Shown: piece after piece, positions 59,634 through 64,000 of the stretch
How positions within the stretch are numbered: position 1 is the first letter of the stretch
Layout: every line of letters starts with the position of its first letter
DNA from: Auanema rhodensis
Lineage: Eukaryota > Animalia > Nematoda
Direction of reading: 5' to 3'
NCBI GenBank assembly: GCA_964057225.1
Contig: OZ059897.1
Coordinates: 11,222,001-11,286,000 of the forward strand
DNA length: 64,000 nucleotides
Made by a program: the position numbers and the translations under genes
The notes under the pieces: model-generated
The model's database searches: none
The model's input: only the letters and a program-made list of their open reading frames with translations
Told to the model about the DNA's origin: nothing

Positions 59634-59950
59634 GATTTAAAACCAAAATAGGCAATACCACATGTAACTATGGTTTTCAATTGTTTGTGTGAAAGCGTTG
59701 CCAATAATGATTTAGCCTTTTCCGGTGTGCGTATCAAAGCTATTTGACGTAATAATGAAGATATGGGCAAGAGGGTTTTATATTCCTTGTTAGTTAAAAG
59801 AAAATTATTATTTTTCACAATATTAAATACAATTTCAACAATAATTTCAATTTGTGCAAAAGAAAATGAGGAAACAGAACAAGGAGTTTCGGCGCAAGAA
59901 GACAAATAGTTGAAATTTGACAAAATACGACCACTCATTAAACAAGCACT

Positions 59951-60597
59951 TTAATCACTAAACACATTTCTGGCAACATAAACAATAGGGTTCTCCGCTG
60001 TTATATCAGATAGTATACGCTGCTTCTTACTTGTTAAAGGATGATTGTCAATCAGTAAATGACTATAGGGAGTAGACATTGCATCATCATACGCCTCTAG
60101 AGCATTTTTGAAACGTGGCCCAAATAATTGCTGCAGACAATTACGTATTTCTAAAATATCTGAATGACTTTTCATCAGTATTATATATGTACTATTGATT
60201 CAACTGGTCCTGTCCAGTTGAAATGCCGCTTGCACAAGATTAAACACTGCCAAATTCCAGTGATGTGCCCACACTGTAAAAATGTTGTTGAGTAATTCCT
60301 TTGCTGCTTTATTCGATGAAAAAAAGTTCATCAAATCATCCAGCACTAGTATAGTATTTACTCCCTTTGTTCTTTTATTAAATCAGGATCAGGAGGCCCT
60401 TGAATAATTATTAAACGCTCATCATTTATTGGTACACCTGACGATGATCCACATTGACTGAACCAGAATATTCTATCAATGGGGACGTTGAAAAACTTTT
60501 CAGTATTTTCGCATATGTGCTTTATGAGGGTTGTTTTACCGTATTGGGTTGCCCCTATTACAGTTGTCTGACTGGGTAGTTTGAAGCTGAAAACCAT
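59951..60597 (-). pseudogene. Packaging ATPase copy, disrupted
   Basis: Split ORFs matching 26754-27401. Confidence 0.88.
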
Positions 60598-60676
60598 AAT
60601 CAACCACTCGTAAATGTACCTAAAATGCAAATGATTTCATTTGCAATAGTGTACACGTATCAAGTGGTGGTTTGTC

Positions 60677-61527
60677 ATGGATGATTTTTACATTACTCTT
60701 CCATCATCAGTTGACTCTGAAAAAAGTAATACATCATCAGTGTTTCTTACCAGATTACCTGAAACACTAAGGCTACGCAATAATAGATATTGCATTGGGC
60801 TGACAGACATCATTTTTCCTTGTTCTATATTAAATGTTCAAAAAGATTTATCTTATACACTACGTTTTTCCAATAGAAAATTTATTCTACACTTGCCTAA
60901 AGGCAACTATGCAAATGGTGATGAAATAATACGCGGAATCAATGCTGGAAGAGAATCATTTATCGCCAACAATACAAAGCCTCTTGGAGCTGAGGAAGAA
61001 GCACGTATAAAAAGTTTAATAGATAAAGATGAAGATGTAAAAAAGTGGTATAATAATCGCCAGGCTGAGGCTAAGCTAGTGGAGGAAATGCTCGCAGACG
61101 CCACATTTCAGTTTAACAAAACATTGCAGCGCATAGAGTTTGTAACAAGTAAGCGGCTATTGTTGAATGCAACACTCGGTGATGCTCTCGCATATTTTCT
61201 TGGTTTTGAAAATAAAAACATACAATAATAGCCAGGCGCCCCATTCATTTTTCAAATAACATTAATACAATGTATATATATTGTGATATTGTAGAATATT
61301 CCATTCTTGGTAATGTGAAAGCTAATTTACTTGCATGTTTACCTGTACCACCTCCTACTGAATTTGGTAAAATGATTGCCAAAACATTTAATCCTATTCG
61401 TTATGTACCAATCACTAGACAAACACTCGATACCATACGTATTGAAATTTTAGATGAATTTGGTCGTCCTATGCAATTTAATTATGGTTCTACAGTTGTT
61501 ACATTACATGTTAAAAATATGAAATAA
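60677..61527 (+). pseudogene. Minor capsid copy, small deletion near 61221
   Basis: MDDFYITLPS...TLHVKNMK. Confidence 0.88.
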
Positions 61528-62250
61528 ACGTTTTATTCAACAGTTATACAATACCACATTTTTATTTTCGAAGGTTTAAAAGATAGTTTAGGGCAGTTTT
61601 GTTTGTCGCTCGGCTCGTGTTGTGAATGTTCTCCGTCACTATTGCTGCGGCATCTTTTTGATTGGGTTGAATGTACAAACTCCTCAGCTTTTTCAAAGGG
61701 TTTGCTGGTATCATTTCCATCACCATCTTCACCATTCGTTCCATTATTATTATGAATACGCCGAATATGACGCTCACAATTGAATCTTGTTCCAAAAGTT
61801 TCACTACAATGAGGGCACAAACGTCTACGAACACCATCCAAATGTCCATATTTTTGAATAAAGTCAGCATTGCTGATATAATTGTTACATATGGGTTGAA
61901 TCCCTGCATGCCTTTTCAAAACGTGATCACTAAAATGCTTGGTTGAAGAAAATATTTCCTTGCATGTACCACAATATTTGTTACATAAAAGTTCCATTAG
62001 AGGAAAATGAAAAACGACCACACGCAATCAACCCACTTTTATATAATGAGCAACAATATGACTAGTGTTGTACAAAAGCCCAATCCCAATGCTATACCTT
62101 TAATAAATGGCACTGAAATACATTTCAACATTCTCCTGTATAAAGGCGCTGGTTTAGATTGCTCCAACGTGTATTTGACACATAATTCACAGTGACAAGG
62201 AATATTCATAACTGACCACGTAATGTAGCAGGTTATTAATGACAAATTTC

Positions 62251-62706
62251 TTATATAGTAGCCAATTTATAGTCGAATACTTTATGCATAAACGCTTTAA
62301 TAAAGACATCATCATTTTTCAATAGTTTAAAAAATGAACAAATGCTTTCAAATGAATTACCAGCCGACAACATTAGTATTACAAATACCACATAGCCACC
62401 ACAAGTGTATTCAATTATGCGTTGTGGTTTGCAAGTATTAATTTTTACCTTTTTATATTTGGCCAGATAATTTTGAATGTACTTGTTCATTTTATATCCC
62501 AAGCTACAGAAAAAATAGGCTTGCTTGTTACGGACAAAGATGACCTGCCAATGTGTGCCTGGCTTATCATGTGTGTCAGTATTTACGACAAGTGCAAAGT
62601 TTTTACGACGCGTTTTGGGTAGAGTATCAGCGCTATATACACCGAGGAATAGTTTCCGAGTGCTGGGGACAGATTGCAATAGTGATACTATTTCAGACGA
62701 ATACAT
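62251..62706 (-). CDS. Adenain-like protease copy
   Basis: Protein identical to the 54475-54930 copy. Confidence 0.9.
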   Translation of the reverse strand: MYSSEIVSLLQSVPSTRKLFLGVYSADTLPKTRRKNFALVVNTDTHDKPGTHWQVIFVRNKQAYFFCSLGYKMNKYIQNYLAKYKKVKINTCKPQRIIEYTCGGYVVFVILMLSAGNSFESICSFFKLLKNDDVFIKAFMHKVFDYKLATI

Positions 62707-62757
62707 TTTAGTAGAATGATCTAGTGTAACTTTTGTATTGCGCGCGTGCGGTTCGAT

Positions 62758-64000
62758 ATGCCGCACCTCCTTTTGGATGTCAACTCTATTCAATGGACAA
62801 CACTTTTAAATCAACAAATGGGTGGCGCCCCATTTAGCGGAATGATGTTTCAACGTGGAATGCAGAGGGGTCATGGTTTGGGTGGTATTTTGGCAACTTT
62901 GGCATCATTTCTACCACGCATCATTCAATCACCTATAGCCCAAAATCTCATCAATGCCGGAAGAAACGCCTTATCCAGTGCTGTAAGCAATAGTCCAGTT
63001 GTAAATTCACCTCTTGGCGGCCAGTTGCTGAAAACTGGTAATGAAATTGTCGATGGGGTGCTGAAAGGCGATAATATGAAGGAAACTCTTAAAACAGCCG
63101 GCCGACAAGCTATACGAGATCTTACCGGCTTGGGCAAACGGCGACGACGCAAAACCACAAAACCTCATAAGCGGTTGTGCATCACTCGTGAGCGGTCGTT
63201 TCACATTAAAATGGCTAAATTGATAGATTCAAAATCAGCACAAGCCCTTTTACCTAATATCAACTATGGTGATATACCTGCGTCGGCATTAGGTGTTGAA
63301 TCCACTCGTACTGTACAAGTCCCTTTGAAAAATACGTTTCTTCCTCAAGGACCATGGGAATTTGTTATAGCTCAAAATTCCAAATCATTCCTCAATCTGA
63401 GAAGATGTTGGTTGAATGTAAAATTTAAAATTGTAACCACAAACGGTGATCCAGTACCAGATAACCTTGTTTTTGCACCATGTCAACAATTTGCTGCCAG
63501 TTTAATACATTCGTATCATTTGAAAATTGGTGATGTTAGCGTGTATGACTCTACCGTGAATCATGCCTATAAAACATATATCGAGAATATTTTAATGTAT
63601 AGCAACGATGTTAAAGAGAGCAAACTTGCCATTTCAGGCTATTATGCTGATAGATATATAGATAATGCATCCAGTGCTGGAATTAGAACGCGTCAAGCGC
63701 TTGTAAAAAATGGCATATTGTGTGAGATGGCTGCTCCCGTCAGTATCGACCTATTTAATCAAGAGCGACTGTTTGTAAACTATTCAAAAATGGAGCTAAC
63801 TGCATATCCAAACCGTAATAACTTTTTAATTGACACTCTAGGCTGGAATAATGAAAACAAGGATACTACATTAAAAGAGGAGTTTCCAAATTTGAAAGTA
63901 GATATCAGCGATGTACATTTGCTCATTCAAGAGTTTGATCTAAACGCTGGATTAGCTATGGCTATAGAAGATAAACTCGCAAAGGATCGAATACACTACC
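62758..64000 (+). CDS. Core protein-major capsid in-frame ORF (runs off the window)
   Basis: No stop seen between QRGHGLGG and MAKLIDSK (63210). Confidence 0.82.
   Translation, partial: MPHLLLDVNSIQWTTLLNQQMGGAPFSGMMFQRGMQRGHGLGGILATLASFLPRIIQSPIAQNLINAGRNALSSAVSNSPVVNSPLGGQLLKTGNEIVDGVLKGDNMKETLKTAGRQAIRDLTGLGKRRRRKTTKPHKRLCITRERSFHIKMAKLIDSKSAQALLPNINYGDIPASALGVESTRTVQVPLKNTFLPQGPWEFVIAQNSKSFLNLRRCWLNVKFKIVTTNGDPVPDNLVFAPCQQFAASLIHSYHLKIGDVSVYDSTVNHAYKTYIENILMYSNDVKESKLAISGYYADRYIDNASSAGIRTRQALVKNGILCEMAAPVSIDLFNQERLFVNYSKMELTAYPNRNNFLIDTLGWNNENKDTTLKEEFPNLKVDISDVHLLIQEFDLNAGLAMAIEDKLAKDRIHY

Larger units (their letters stand above)
55282..64000 (-). mobile_element. Maverick, opposite orientation, with a divergent right arm; runs out of the window
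   Basis: Variant terminus AGTAGAGAGCCATGCCG; accessory gene, integrase, ORF238, ORF102, ATPase, mCP, ZnF, protease, core-MCP. Confidence 0.95.

Overview
This is AT-rich eukaryotic DNA, most likely a nematode. That call is an inference from the 42-46 nt spliceosomal introns and the mix of Tc1/mariner/maT, Ty3/Gypsy and Maverick elements. The window is almost entirely nested mobile DNA, with no intact housekeeping gene. In order: (1) the 3' part of a Tc1 element; (2) tandem, intron-containing copies of an atypical kinase-like gene (KRMA-like by inference); (3) an ~11.6 kb Ty3/Gypsy retroelement with a herpesvirus gB-like (class III) envelope sitting between gag and pol, a tRNA-Gln primer-binding site (PBS), apparently non-TG..CA LTR ends and a covarying RNA structure; (4) a 14,180-bp Maverick/Polinton (17629-31808, AGGAAC target-site duplication) inserted in a mariner, which is itself inserted in an older Maverick fragment; (5) a large inverted duplication of DNA transposons; (6) rearranged, deleted, self-inserted and recombinant Maverick copies interleaved with Gypsy remnants (39820-64000). 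Reading through introns reveals Maverick genes that the ORF track misses: a pPolB with an N-terminal SUMO-interacting-like motif, and an accessory gene with a conserved APC/C destruction box, CDK sites and a Cys-rich zinc-binding module. All calls come from reading motifs and comparing copies by eye; no database searches were run.
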